The notes below the pieces were generated by a model. The model did no database searches. It was not told the origin of the DNA and saw nothing but the letters and a program-made list of their open reading frames with translations. DNA of 64,000 bases from Candidatus Obscuribacterales bacterium (GTDB lineage: Bacteria > Cyanobacteriota > Vampirovibrionia > Obscuribacterales > Obscuribacteraceae). The first letter of the stretch is position 1. Every line of letters begins with the position of its first letter. The DNA is taken from the NCBI GenBank assembly GCA_965228855.1, contig CBDDIJ010000002.1, positions 704,001 to 768,000 on the forward strand, given 5' to 3'. Positions 43,217 to 53,278 of this stretch are shown one piece after another. Made by a program: the position numbers and the translations under genes.

Positions 43217-43292
43217 CGGTCGAAAAACTTAGGTTAGGTCTGTTGCGACCTTGGCATAAGAGGTTTGGACCCCAATCCGTACCGAGGGTTTA

Positions 43293-45902
43293 ATGCCTGC
43301 CCAACTGCAAGAAGCACAAAAACCAGCCACGACCAGACAGAAGTCTTTCCGACTTCCGGACTGCGCAGTTCCGAAGAGATACGAAATCCATCTCGCCCCG
43401 AACTTGGAAACATTCGAATTCGCCGGCCGCGAAACAATCGAGATTTTTGTCAGGGAAGAAACCGACCGAGTCGTTTTAAACGCCGTCGACATCACGTTCA
43501 ATGAAGTCTTAGCCGAGTCGATTGACGGAACACGTCTATACGGCAAAGTCGAAGTCGACTCAGAAACCGAGCTTGCCGCCATCATATTCGACGGAGCGCT
43601 CGGACGCGGAATCTGGCATCTCAAAATAACGTTCAAAGGCGAACTCTCTGATAAGCTCAGGGGTTTCTACCGCAGTATCTGGATCGACGATGACGGCAAG
43701 AAGCATGTTATCGCATCCACGCACTTCGAACCGACCCATGCTCGTCGCGCTTTCCCCTGCTTCGACGAGCCGGAGTTCAAGGCAACCTTCAAGGTTTTCC
43801 TCGAGGTCGATGAACAGTTTACAGCATTGTCGAATGGGAAGGCTTTGCGTGAGACGAAACTCCAGAACGGTACGAAGATTGTCGAATTTGCTGAAACCAT
43901 GCTGCTTTCGACATACCTCGTCGCCTTCGCAGTCGGCGAATTCGTCGGTTCTCCCCCTCAACGGGTAAACGGAACCGAGATTCGCATCTTCTGTGTACCA
44001 GGCAAGGAGCACCTCACGGCTTTCGCCGCCGACTGTGCTGCATTCGCGGTCAACTTCTACGAGCGCTATTTTGAGATACCATATCCTGCTGAAAAGATAG
44101 ACCACATCGCCATCCCCGACTTCCCAATCGGTGCGATGGAAAATCTCGGTTTAATCACATTCCGGGAAACCGCTTTACTGGTCGACGAAGAACAGTCTTC
44201 CCATGCCGGTCTCGTGCGCGTTGCCGAGATCATCATGCACGAACTTGCCCATATGTGGTTCGGCGACCTGGTCACGATGAAATGGTGGAACGGGCTCTGG
44301 CTCAAGGAATCGTTCGCCACTTTCATGGCAAACGCGTGCGTCGATGCCTACCGTCCGCAATGGAAAGTGTGGAACGACTTTGCGCTTTCGCGCGCCGATG
44401 CGATGGAAACAGACGCGTTGAAAACCACGCACGCCATAGAAAACCCTGTCAATCACCCCGACGAAGCAACCGAAATGTTCGATGTGATTTCGTATCAGAA
44501 AGGTTGCTCGGTGTTGTATCAATTGCATGAATTCATAGGAGTGGAGCCGTTCCGCATGGGTTGTGCACGCTACTTGAAACAGCACAGTTTTGGCAACACC
44601 GAAACTCATCACCTCTGGGATTCACTAGAGGAGGCCTGTCGTGAAGCCGGTTTGCAGATACCAGTGCGTCACGTCATGGACACCTGGGTATTCAGTTCCG
44701 GACATCCGGTCCTCACTGTTTCACCTGATGAACAGCCAGGCTGCATTGTTTTGCGACAGCAAATGTTTCGATTGGAGGAACAAGACGCATCCGGGTTCAA
44801 CTGGCCAGTTCCAGTCTCTATACGCGTCACGAAAGAAAACGGTTCGATTGAGACCAAGAAGTTTCTGATGAACAACCGAGAGGAGACCGTCTTCCTCGGA
44901 GAAGATACGCGCAGCTTCATTGTAAACGCGATGGGCAGCGGCTTCTACCGGGTGGTTTACGACGGTCGAATGATCGAATCGATAACCGACGACGTTGGAA
45001 AGTTGTCGGTAGTTGAACGGTTCAACTTGATAAACGACGCCTGGTCTATGTTGAAAACGGGACAGCAACCCGTTTCACAATTCTTGAAACTGGTTCGGTT
45101 GTATGAGAACGAAGCAGACTCGTCAGTCTGGCAAGTTCTCTACAACGCGCTCGAACATCTAAACGAACTGCTCGAGCCAGAAGACAAGCCACTCATGGCA
45201 AGTCTTATAGGAAAACTTTGCGCGCCGAATATATCGGCACTCGGCTGGGAACCGAAATCCGGCGAGAGTGTCGCCACGCGAAAGCTGCGCGCCATCGTTC
45301 TGAGACTGGCCGGAGTAGTCGGAGAAGACGAGGCTGTCAAAACTCGCGGGCGGGAGTCCTACGAGAAGTGGCGCTTAGACAATGACTCGCTCGATGCCGA
45401 GATGGTGCCAACCGTGATACACATCGTCGCCCAGGACGGTGACGAGAAACTTTTCGCAGACTTCCTGCACCTGTCGGAGACCGCCAGGACTCCTCAGGAC
45501 ACGATCCGCTACCTGTACGCCCTGGCGCGTTTTCGCAGAAAGGACTTGCTCGCAGAGACTGCGTCGCTATGCCTGTCTCCGAAAGTGCGCTCACAGGATG
45601 CACCATTCTTGTTCGCCGCGCTCATCCGCAATCCAGCCGCAGCCTCGGAAGCCTGGGAGTTTTTCAAAGCCAATTTCGAAGAAATGAAAGCTCGCTACCC
45701 GGACCTGGCAATGCACAAGCTGGTCAATGCTCTCAGCGTACTCGACACTCGGCAACTGGAGAGCGATGTGCGTAAGTTCTTCGCGAATAATCGCATCAAC
45801 GCCGGCGAGACCGCAGTCCGTCAGATGCTGGAGCAGCAGCGCATCAACGTGCGAATGCGCCACAAAGAAAAAGCCGCTTTGTCAGCGGCTCTCAGAACAT
45901 AA
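43293..45902 (+). CDS. M1 family aminopeptidase, tandem paralog
   Basis: GAMEN, HELAHMWFG...WLKE. Confidence 0.95.
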   Translation: MPAQLQEAQKPATTRQKSFRLPDCAVPKRYEIHLAPNLETFEFAGRETIEIFVREETDRVVLNAVDITFNEVLAESIDGTRLYGKVEVDSETELAAIIFDGALGRGIWHLKITFKGELSDKLRGFYRSIWIDDDGKKHVIASTHFEPTHARRAFPCFDEPEFKATFKVFLEVDEQFTALSNGKALRETKLQNGTKIVEFAETMLLSTYLVAFAVGEFVGSPPQRVNGTEIRIFCVPGKEHLTAFAADCAAFAVNFYERYFEIPYPAEKIDHIAIPDFPIGAMENLGLITFRETALLVDEEQSSHAGLVRVAEIIMHELAHMWFGDLVTMKWWNGLWLKESFATFMANACVDAYRPQWKVWNDFALSRADAMETDALKTTHAIENPVNHPDEATEMFDVISYQKGCSVLYQLHEFIGVEPFRMGCARYLKQHSFGNTETHHLWDSLEEACREAGLQIPVRHVMDTWVFSSGHPVLTVSPDEQPGCIVLRQQMFRLEEQDASGFNWPVPVSIRVTKENGSIETKKFLMNNREETVFLGEDTRSFIVNAMGSGFYRVVYDGRMIESITDDVGKLSVVERFNLINDAWSMLKTGQQPVSQFLKLVRLYENEADSSVWQVLYNALEHLNELLEPEDKPLMASLIGKLCAPNISALGWEPKSGESVATRKLRAIVLRLAGVVGEDEAVKTRGRESYEKWRLDNDSLDAEMVPTVIHIVAQDGDEKLFADFLHLSETARTPQDTIRYLYALARFRRKDLLAETASLCLSPKVRSQDAPFLFAALIRNPAAASEAWEFFKANFEEMKARYPDLAMHKLVNALSVLDTRQLESDVRKFFANNRINAGETAVRQMLEQQRINVRMRHKEKAALSAALRT

Positions 45903-45912
45903 TGGGGAAAAA

Positions 45913-45986
45913 CGGGACCGACGAGACTCGAACTCGCGACCTCCTACGTGACAGGCAGGCGCTCTAACCAACTGAGCTACGACCCC
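45913..45986 (-). tRNA. tRNA-Asp(GTC), CCA not encoded
   Basis: GGGGTCGTAGCTCAGTTGGTTAGAGCGCCTGCCT-GTC-ACGTAGGAGGTCGCGAGTTCGAGTCTCGTCGGTCCCG cloverleaf. Confidence 0.97.
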
Positions 45987-46399
45987 ATGCATGTGCTCGA
46001 GAACTGCAGTATAGCACAACAGTTCGGCGGAGCTTGAACGTGCTCTGCAATGCTTGTTAACAATTGCGCTCGAAATGCCCACACCGTCCGGATTTTGCAA
46101 AACGGAGGTCGGTTCAGTTTTAAACTTGAGAACTCAACCTTGAGAACCGAGTTTAAAACTAAACCGATTTCGACTTGACTGAAGTCGGTTTGGTTTCGAT
46201 TCGAAACTGTTAAATCTGAGAATCGTCTTCGGGTGTGAACCGGAGACCTGGTACGGTTTTGCTTTCGGATTGAAACCGCCGAGCGACTCGCTCGGTTTTT
46301 TTCTGTTGAGAGTTGGTCTGGTTTCCAACCGGCTCTCACTGTTTCGATAACCGGAGAACGGCACCGCAAGCCGTTCCCACCAACACAAGGAATATCACC

Positions 46400-46837
46400 A
46401 TGTTCCCATACGTCATGGCCGGTCTCGCTCTGCTCGCAGGCGGGATCATCTTCGTTGCTTTGCGCCGGGATCTCGGCAAGAAAACGGCGCCCAAGGGCAA
46501 GTGCGATCGCCCGGTGAAGGAGATCTCCGCGCTCGAATTGCGCGACCTCGTCACCAGCTCCGCCGACCCCGTCGTCGTCATGTTCCACTCGCCCAACTGC
46601 CCGGCCTGCCACACCCAGAAGCCCAACTTCCAGGAAGCGGCCGACGCGCACGAGGGCAACGCCCGTTTCGTCACCATCAACGTCCTGGACAACAAGTCCA
46701 CTGCGCGCCGCCTCGGCATCACGCGCATCCCGACCACGATGGTGTTCGTCAGGGACGACGTCAGCCCGCTGGCCAGCCGCGTCGGCGTGTTCGACCCGGC
46801 CGAAGTCAACGCGTTCATCAAGAACGCCGGCAAGTAG
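46400..46837 (+). CDS. Membrane-anchored thioredoxin
   Basis: N-terminal TM; CPAC; IPT cis-Pro motif. Confidence 0.9.
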   Translation: MFPYVMAGLALLAGGIIFVALRRDLGKKTAPKGKCDRPVKEISALELRDLVTSSADPVVVMFHSPNCPACHTQKPNFQEAADAHEGNARFVTINVLDNKSTARRLGITRIPTTMVFVRDDVSPLASRVGVFDPAEVNAFIKNAGK

Positions 46838-47027
46838 TTTTCCAGGTCATGCCTCGTGTCGCGGCGGAAAAACTCGTTGAAAACGAGTGCCGCCGCGGCG
46901 CGAGCGCATGCTCCTGTCACCGCGTCCGAGCTGCGTGCAAATAGCTGACACCACATCCGGTGCAGCCGCGCAACTCATTTTCCGGAGCGAAGTGACGCTG
47001 CAGAGCAGCCGCTAGCCGCTCCCACTC

Positions 47028-49202
47028 ATGAAAAGGACATTAGCCATGTTTTGGTTCTGGACAGTCCTGACCCTGGCGACTGGCTTACTCGCCGGCCTCT
47101 TCGGCTGGCACATCGGAGGCCACGCCGCCGCCCTCGCCTTCACTCTGGGCGGAATTCTCGCCGTAATCGGCGCACATGATTTGAGAAAGCACCGTCACAC
47201 GCTCCTGGCGGGGACGGCTTTCTTCGCGGTTCTCGGCTGGTATTTCGGCGGCTTCGCCTTTGCCGTGCTAACCGCACTTCTCGTATTCCCCGTGCAGCTG
47301 GCTATCTGGGAGTTTTCTCTCAAGAAGTCTGTGGCATTGCCGATGCTCCTCCTGGGCTCCGGCACGGCATGGTGGCTGGGGTGGCACCTCGACGGTTCTA
47401 TGACTGGGCTCGTGGCAGCGGCGCTGACCTTCTTCGCGATGGTCGGCATCGAAGACTACTTCCTGCAACGCAAGCACTCCGTGCGCCGCAACTTCCCGAT
47501 TCTGGGATGGTGCCGCTACGGTTTCGAACTCATCGGTGATGAGCTCCGCCAGTATTGGTTCATGTCCGATATCGAGGAGAAGCCCTACAACCGTGAGACA
47601 CGGCGGTTTATCTACCGCAGCGCCAAGGGCATCAACAACAACCTCGGTTTCGGCTCGAGCCGCGACTACCGCGCCGTGGGCGAGATTCACATCATGCCCA
47701 CCAACTTCCCGGTGAGCGAACGTCGCAACCGCGGCAATCGCCTCGCGCCGCTCGTGATCGGCAAACGGCGCCGCGTCCCCTACGAGTGCCCGTGGCCGAT
47801 CAACATCGCCCACATGAGCTGGGGCGCCCTGTCGGAAGAGGCTGTGATGGCGCTCTCCTCGGGTGCCAAGCTCGCCAACATCCACATGGGCACTGGCGAA
47901 GGCGGACTCACGCCTTTCCACCTCGACGGCGTCGTCCGTCGAGTGCCGTTCAAGCAGATGGCTGCCTACCACTGGCGGTCATTCCTGCATTCCGCCAGTC
48001 TGAAGTTTCTGGCAAAACCGGATATGCCGCAGGGACAGGTTGTTGGCGGCGGCCGGCTGATTCTCGAAATCGGTCCGGCTAAGTTCGGTTTCCGCAAAGC
48101 GCTGAAGGACGCCTTCCGCGGCATCGGCATCGACTTTGCGCCCAACAAGATGCTGGAAGACGACCTGCGCCGGCTGGCGAAGGCGTATTACTTGAACGGT
48201 CTGGATATGGAACTTCTGCGCGAACTCGCCGAGAAAGACGAGCTCGTGGCGCTGGATCTCGACAAGGTCAAGCGCGTGATGGAGAATCCGCAGATCGTGG
48301 GCGGCATGTTGAAACTGGCTCAGGGTGCCAAACCCGGTCAGGGCGGCAAGCTGCCGAAAGAGAAGATCACGCCGACGATTGCGCAATGGCGCGGCGTTCC
48401 GATGGGCAAGGACTGCTACAGCCCCAATGCCTGGGACGAGTTCAACGATGCCGAGACGCTGTTCATCATGATCCGCATGTTGCAGGATTTGACGGGCAAG
48501 CCCTGGGGTATCAAGATCGTCGCCGGTCAGGAAGCGGAAGTGCACAAGATGGCCAAGCTCTACAAGGAGCACAAGGACGGTCCGGACTTCATCGTCATCG
48601 ACGGCGGTGAAGGCGGAACCGGCGCGGCACCTGTGGATCTTGCCGACCATGTCGGTCTGCCGATTCTGCATGCCATTCCTGACGTCGACAACATTTTGCG
48701 CGAGCACGGTGTTCGCGACGAGGTCGTGCTGATCGCTGCCGGTCAGATGGCGAAGGCTTCCGACGTGGCGATCGCGATCGCGCTCGGAGCTGACGCCGTC
48801 GAAATCGGGCGTGCCAACATGATCGCCGAAGGTTGCATCATGGCGAAGCGCTGCCACACCAACCACTGCCCGGTCGGTGTCGCGACCCAGGACCCGCGTC
48901 TGCGGCGAGGTCTCGACCCGGCGGACAAATACGTGAAGGTGGCCAACTACAACATGGTGCTGCAGCGCGGACTGCTCGTCATCCTCAAAGCCGCCGGCGT
49001 GTCGAATCCCTGGGAGCTCACCAGGCACCACCTCAAAGTGGTGACCGGTCCGATGCGCGAAGTCTACATGGATCAGATTCACCCCTATCCAGACGGCTCC
49101 GACGGCAAGCGCAACCCGGTGCTCGGCGCCATTCCCACGGACGATCCGGAGCACAACGACCGCTTCGGTCCCAAACTCATCCAGCTCGAAGTGAAGCACT
49201 AA
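47028..49202 (+). CDS. FMN-binding glutamate synthase family protein with N-terminal TM region (start may be 47046)
   Basis: MSWGALS, TGEGG, KLAQGAKPG.GG.LP, DGGEGGTGAAP, GCIMA..CHTN.CP.GVATQD. Confidence 0.92.
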   Translation: MKRTLAMFWFWTVLTLATGLLAGLFGWHIGGHAAALAFTLGGILAVIGAHDLRKHRHTLLAGTAFFAVLGWYFGGFAFAVLTALLVFPVQLAIWEFSLKKSVALPMLLLGSGTAWWLGWHLDGSMTGLVAAALTFFAMVGIEDYFLQRKHSVRRNFPILGWCRYGFELIGDELRQYWFMSDIEEKPYNRETRRFIYRSAKGINNNLGFGSSRDYRAVGEIHIMPTNFPVSERRNRGNRLAPLVIGKRRRVPYECPWPINIAHMSWGALSEEAVMALSSGAKLANIHMGTGEGGLTPFHLDGVVRRVPFKQMAAYHWRSFLHSASLKFLAKPDMPQGQVVGGGRLILEIGPAKFGFRKALKDAFRGIGIDFAPNKMLEDDLRRLAKAYYLNGLDMELLRELAEKDELVALDLDKVKRVMENPQIVGGMLKLAQGAKPGQGGKLPKEKITPTIAQWRGVPMGKDCYSPNAWDEFNDAETLFIMIRMLQDLTGKPWGIKIVAGQEAEVHKMAKLYKEHKDGPDFIVIDGGEGGTGAAPVDLADHVGLPILHAIPDVDNILREHGVRDEVVLIAAGQMAKASDVAIAIALGADAVEIGRANMIAEGCIMAKRCHTNHCPVGVATQDPRLRRGLDPADKYVKVANYNMVLQRGLLVILKAAGVSNPWELTRHHLKVVTGPMREVYMDQIHPYPDGSDGKRNPVLGAIPTDDPEHNDRFGPKLIQLEVKH

Positions 49203-49444
49203 GAGCTGATGGTGGACGGAACAGATCGCACCGCGGGCGGTGCCGATTAAACGGTAACGACCGCTCAAGGTCAACGCGCAATCGTGCGCAATTCACAACA
49301 ACAAAGGCCAGGGACGGGAGTGCAGGTGATACCACTTGCCTCCCGCCCCTCGCGCCGCACAGCGTGACCGGTTTCAACCTAACGCTGCTGTAATTCTTCG
49401 GTTCGAGGGCTCACGCTCTCTCGCCTGAGATGGAAGGTAAATGT

Positions 49445-50137
49445 ATGAACTTCGACCTGAAACTCCTTCTCAAAGTCGGAGTCGGGCTCGCGCTGGCAAT
49501 CACCGCGTATCTCGTCGCCGGCTACTTTCTTAAGGGCATGATCAAACCGGAGGACTTGCTCAACTTCGTCAAGGACTCCGGTCCGTGGGCACCAGTGGTT
49601 TTTATCGGGCTGTTTATCTTCAGTCCCGGAATTCCCGCCTCGGCGCTCGCCATCGCCAGTGGTGCCATCTTCGGTCTGTGGACAGGCTATCTGTACACGA
49701 TGATCGGCGCTCTGCTCGCGATGATCCCGCCTTTCTGGTTCTCCCGCCTGCTCGGTCGAAAGCTGTTGAACAGACTGCTCTCGATGGTCGGCGGGTCAAT
49801 CGAAGGTAATGTCGAGAAGTTTCAACAGAATGTGGAAACGCACGGTTGGCGCTACATAGCGTTCACCCGGCTGATCCCGCTGTTTCCGTTCTCGCTGCTC
49901 AACCTCGTGTTCGGGCTCACGCGAATCGGCTTCTGGACTTATCTTGTCACAAGTTTCTTCTTCGTGATGCCGGCACTGTTCGCGTTCGTCTACATCGGCT
50001 ACGCCGGTGCAAACGCCGCAGACGGTGGCTCCGGATGGCTGTACGTCAAGGTCTTCGCGGCCCTGGGCAGCCTCATCTTGCTCGCGCTTCTGCCTCAGAT
50101 TGTCCGGTTCGTGAAAAACCGGAGAGGCCGAAAGTAA
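49445..50137 (+). CDS. TVP38/TMEM64 (DedA/VTT) family membrane protein
   Basis: SGAIFG, RLIPLFPFSLLN..FG. Confidence 0.9.
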   Translation: MNFDLKLLLKVGVGLALAITAYLVAGYFLKGMIKPEDLLNFVKDSGPWAPVVFIGLFIFSPGIPASALAIASGAIFGLWTGYLYTMIGALLAMIPPFWFSRLLGRKLLNRLLSMVGGSIEGNVEKFQQNVETHGWRYIAFTRLIPLFPFSLLNLVFGLTRIGFWTYLVTSFFFVMPALFAFVYIGYAGANAADGGSGWLYVKVFAALGSLILLALLPQIVRFVKNRRGRK

Positions 50138-50195
50138 GACCTTAAGCGACTCTCGCCTGGTCTAAAACAAGAATCGCAAACCAAGGACCAATTAG

Positions 50196-50720
50196 ATGAA
50201 CCTCAAAAACGCCTTCACAGGCAATCGCGTCGCGACCCATTACGGTCTCGTCGACGGCGACAAGTGGTCGGCTTCCGGCACGCTGGGACTTCTGTACCAG
50301 ACCCTGGCCGTACACTTCGCCGCGTTCGTCTGTCTGTTTACCGGCACCAACGCCATCACGGCGGCCGGACTTCCCGTGCAGGCGCTGCTCTCAGTTGCCT
50401 GCGTGCTCGGCTTCGTCGTGGGCGGCAAACTCCTCATCGGTCTCTGCGATGCTGGGTGCAAACGCCTGGTTGCAGCCATACCCTACAACTGGCTGCGCGG
50501 CGTCGCCACCCTGATCCTGATGCTGGCCTCGCTTGCCGTCGTCATGGCCTGGCCGGCGGCGTTCCTGTTCCTCCTCGCAAAAGCTGCCCCTTCCGTGGTC
50601 AGCTTTACCGGCTGGAACAGCGCTCTCATGGCAGGCTTCGGCGTTCTCTGCGCCGACGGCATCCTGGGCGGACTGACCGGAGTTTCGCTCCTGTCCGGCA
50701 AGCGTTCCAAGATCAACTAG
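50196..50720 (+). CDS. Hypothetical multi-pass membrane protein
   Basis: About 4 hydrophobic helices; RBS AAGGA. Confidence 0.75.
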   Translation: MNLKNAFTGNRVATHYGLVDGDKWSASGTLGLLYQTLAVHFAAFVCLFTGTNAITAAGLPVQALLSVACVLGFVVGGKLLIGLCDAGCKRLVAAIPYNWLRGVATLILMLASLAVVMAWPAAFLFLLAKAAPSVVSFTGWNSALMAGFGVLCADGILGGLTGVSLLSGKRSKIN

Positions 50721-50759
50721 AGTTTCGCTGCCGACGCGGCGAAACGTGAAATAGAAACT

Positions 50760-50802
50760 GCCCGGCGCGTCTCGTGAAAACGTGTATCGCGCCGGGCTTC
50801 TC
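50760..50802 (+). terminator. Terminator-like hairpin
   Basis: GCCCGGCGCG...CGCGCCGGGC followed by TTCTC. Confidence 0.6.
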
Positions 50803-50812
50803 AAAAGCCAGC

Positions 50813-51047
50813 CTACTATATACCGAGGTAGTACACAGCCTCCCGAATACCAGTCACAGCAATGTTTTCAGGATTTCTTATTTATAGTCCGCCCTGAAAT
50901 CGGTTGCTTTGGCTATCGTACGATGACGGTTTTGCCGAAATGCGTCATTGTGGCGTAGACAAAATCACCAAGCGGTTTACGTCTGATACCCAAATCACCT
51001 CGCCTGAAACCATTTCGCGCAAAACGTATTCCTAAGTTCTATAGTAG
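50813..51047 (+). repeat. Dispersed element, copy 6 (complete single unit, 235 bp; core 50909-50962)
   Basis: CTACTATA, 96 bp to the core start, core, 85 bp to the end of TATAGTAG. Confidence 0.92.
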
Positions 51048-51071
51048 ACAGATTTGGTATATACTCGAAGC

Positions 51072-53228
51072 ATGAGTGGACAACGAGAGCCTCGGAAACG
51101 CAAGACGGTTCACATTAGTGAACAGGTTGAGCTCGTTTGCGCCGAAGACCGCGACAAGCGTACGCCTTTGCTGTCCAGTTTAAACTCAGCCAGTCAACTC
51201 ACTGAAGAAGAGAAAAACGATCCGCTGGTCGGGACCGTTCTTGCGGCTAAATACGAGATCCACGCGCTCTGTGGGCGGGGCGGCATGGGCATCGTTTACA
51301 AGGCACAGCATTTCGATTTGAAGCGCTATGTCGCGGTGAAAGTTCTCCACAAGCACCTTTTGAGCCACCAGGGCATATCTGATCGTTTCCGACTCTCGGC
51401 TCAGGCGGCACACGCCCTGCGGCACCCCAACCTGGTTTCGGTGACCGACTTCGGCTATACGGAAGAGGGACAGTTCTTCCTCGCCATGGATTATGTGATG
51501 GGCGAAACCCTGACCAGGAAACTGAAACGGGAACAGGAGCTATCAATAGACTCCTTCTTCAAAATCTTTTCTCAAGTGCTCGCCGGTCTCAAGTTCTGCC
51601 ACCAGAAGGGAATTGTGCACCGCGACATCAAGCCAAGCAACATTCTGATCACAGACAAAGAGATTAAACCGGACAGCATAAAGCTAGTGGACTTCGGCAT
51701 CGCGAAAGTTCTTCCTGAAAGCGAATCTTCCATCGATCACCTGACTCAAACAGGCGAGTTGCTCGGAAGCCCGCTCTACATGAGCCCGGAGCAGTGCCGT
51801 GGCGCGGACATCGATGCGCGGACGGATCTCTACTCGCTCGGCTGCGTAATGTTCGAGTCGCTGAGCGGCAAACCACCGTTTCAAGGAAAAAGTGCGATTG
51901 AAACATTGATGATGCAATGTTCGCAACCAACCCCGACATTGTACGAAGCAACCGGCGATGCGCAGCTCACCGAGCAGCTCGACGCGTTTATCAAAAAAGC
52001 GATGAGCAAGGATCGCGAAGATCGCTTTCACAGCGCAGAGGAAATGGAAGCTGCGCTGATGAGCATACAGCGGTTTCTTCACCTGCCAAAAATTGCCCGA
52101 CAACGTTTGACTCAACCCCCCCAGACTGGTACTGGAACTCCCTCGATTCAAGCCGCTCCGAAACCGTCGAAGCAAAAGATCGGTTTGGTCAGCATTGCAT
52201 TCTTGACGCTCTTTGCTGGAACCGTTTTTGCTGTGGCAGGCAAAGACTCGATCGTGCGAACCTATCTGAGCGCGAACCATTCGGACAAGACCGAAGCCAG
52301 ACAACAAGCTCTGGATACAATCAAACTTGGTGTGGTGGAGCGAAAAGAAGGCAACTTGAGCGCATCGAGAAAGCGACTCGAACGGGCGGGTTTGGAAACG
52401 GCGAGGGTGTTCGGACCAAACAGCGTGGAGTATCTGAAAGCGCAAACGGAGCTCGCTGCCACGGACATCGCGCAGGTCGAAGCTAGTGGCAATCTGCTCG
52501 CCGACGGTAAGCCGAACCCACTGTACCGGTTGCCTGAAGCAATTCTTCAGCGGTCACTCGAAGGTCTGCAGCGCGTTCGAAAAACTTTGAAGGACGATGG
52601 CACGGACGCTAATGAGTTGGAAGCGCAAGCGACCTTCCACCTCGCTCACATTTACGTCCAGGAGGGTGCTTTCGACAAAGCGAGAAAGCTTTACGAAAAG
52701 GGCTTTGCCCTGGTTAACGCAAACGTCTCAATGGGCAAAACCAACGCCTCCGACTGGTTCTACCGTGACTATGCCGACTTCCTGTGGCGAACCGGGCGAG
52801 AGCGCGAAGCCGCGAAGCTGGAGATGACTTTTCATCTTGATCCATGGGAGGCAAAACTGGCTTCAGAAGCTCCTTTGACGACAACAGACTTGAACGGCTT
52901 CTGGTCTGAACATAACATAGTGGCTCAGTTTTACGAGAAAAACGGAAAGGTGTTTGGTTCACACTGTGTGGTAGCGAAAAATGGGACTCGCATTGATGGC
53001 ACCATTGACGACACCACTCCTACAATTGAGGGAACGATCGAGAATGGCATTTTCAGAGGCACGGTTAAAAGCACTTACGGCGCCCGGTTTCTCGTGAACA
53101 TAGTTCGCATCGACAAATATTTAGTTTGGAAATTGGTTAAAACCGAATCAGCGGGAGAGTCCTACTTGCCACCATCAGCGGTGATGACGGCAAGCCAAGC
53201 TCCCAGAAGCACAGGTGGTTCGAAGTAG
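51072..53228 (+). CDS. Transmembrane Ser/Thr protein kinase with TPR-like C-terminal region
   Basis: GRGGMG.VY, VAVK, HRDIKPSN, DFG, YMSPEQ; TM helix. Confidence 0.95.
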   Translation: MSGQREPRKRKTVHISEQVELVCAEDRDKRTPLLSSLNSASQLTEEEKNDPLVGTVLAAKYEIHALCGRGGMGIVYKAQHFDLKRYVAVKVLHKHLLSHQGISDRFRLSAQAAHALRHPNLVSVTDFGYTEEGQFFLAMDYVMGETLTRKLKREQELSIDSFFKIFSQVLAGLKFCHQKGIVHRDIKPSNILITDKEIKPDSIKLVDFGIAKVLPESESSIDHLTQTGELLGSPLYMSPEQCRGADIDARTDLYSLGCVMFESLSGKPPFQGKSAIETLMMQCSQPTPTLYEATGDAQLTEQLDAFIKKAMSKDREDRFHSAEEMEAALMSIQRFLHLPKIARQRLTQPPQTGTGTPSIQAAPKPSKQKIGLVSIAFLTLFAGTVFAVAGKDSIVRTYLSANHSDKTEARQQALDTIKLGVVERKEGNLSASRKRLERAGLETARVFGPNSVEYLKAQTELAATDIAQVEASGNLLADGKPNPLYRLPEAILQRSLEGLQRVRKTLKDDGTDANELEAQATFHLAHIYVQEGAFDKARKLYEKGFALVNANVSMGKTNASDWFYRDYADFLWRTGREREAAKLEMTFHLDPWEAKLASEAPLTTTDLNGFWSEHNIVAQFYEKNGKVFGSHCVVAKNGTRIDGTIDDTTPTIEGTIENGIFRGTVKSTYGARFLVNIVRIDKYLVWKLVKTESAGESYLPPSAVMTASQAPRSTGGSK

Positions 53229-53278
53229 ACGTTTCAAAGACATCAACAAGGCGATCCGGCGTCCTGAAAGGCAATTGA

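Noticed and set aside
45913..45986. tRNA-targeted integrative element
   Set aside because: No integrase and no duplicated tRNA 3' end was seen.
50909..50962. Integron attC or dif site
   Set aside because: No RYYYAAC/GTTRRRY ends, no XerC/D consensus, and no integrase in the window.
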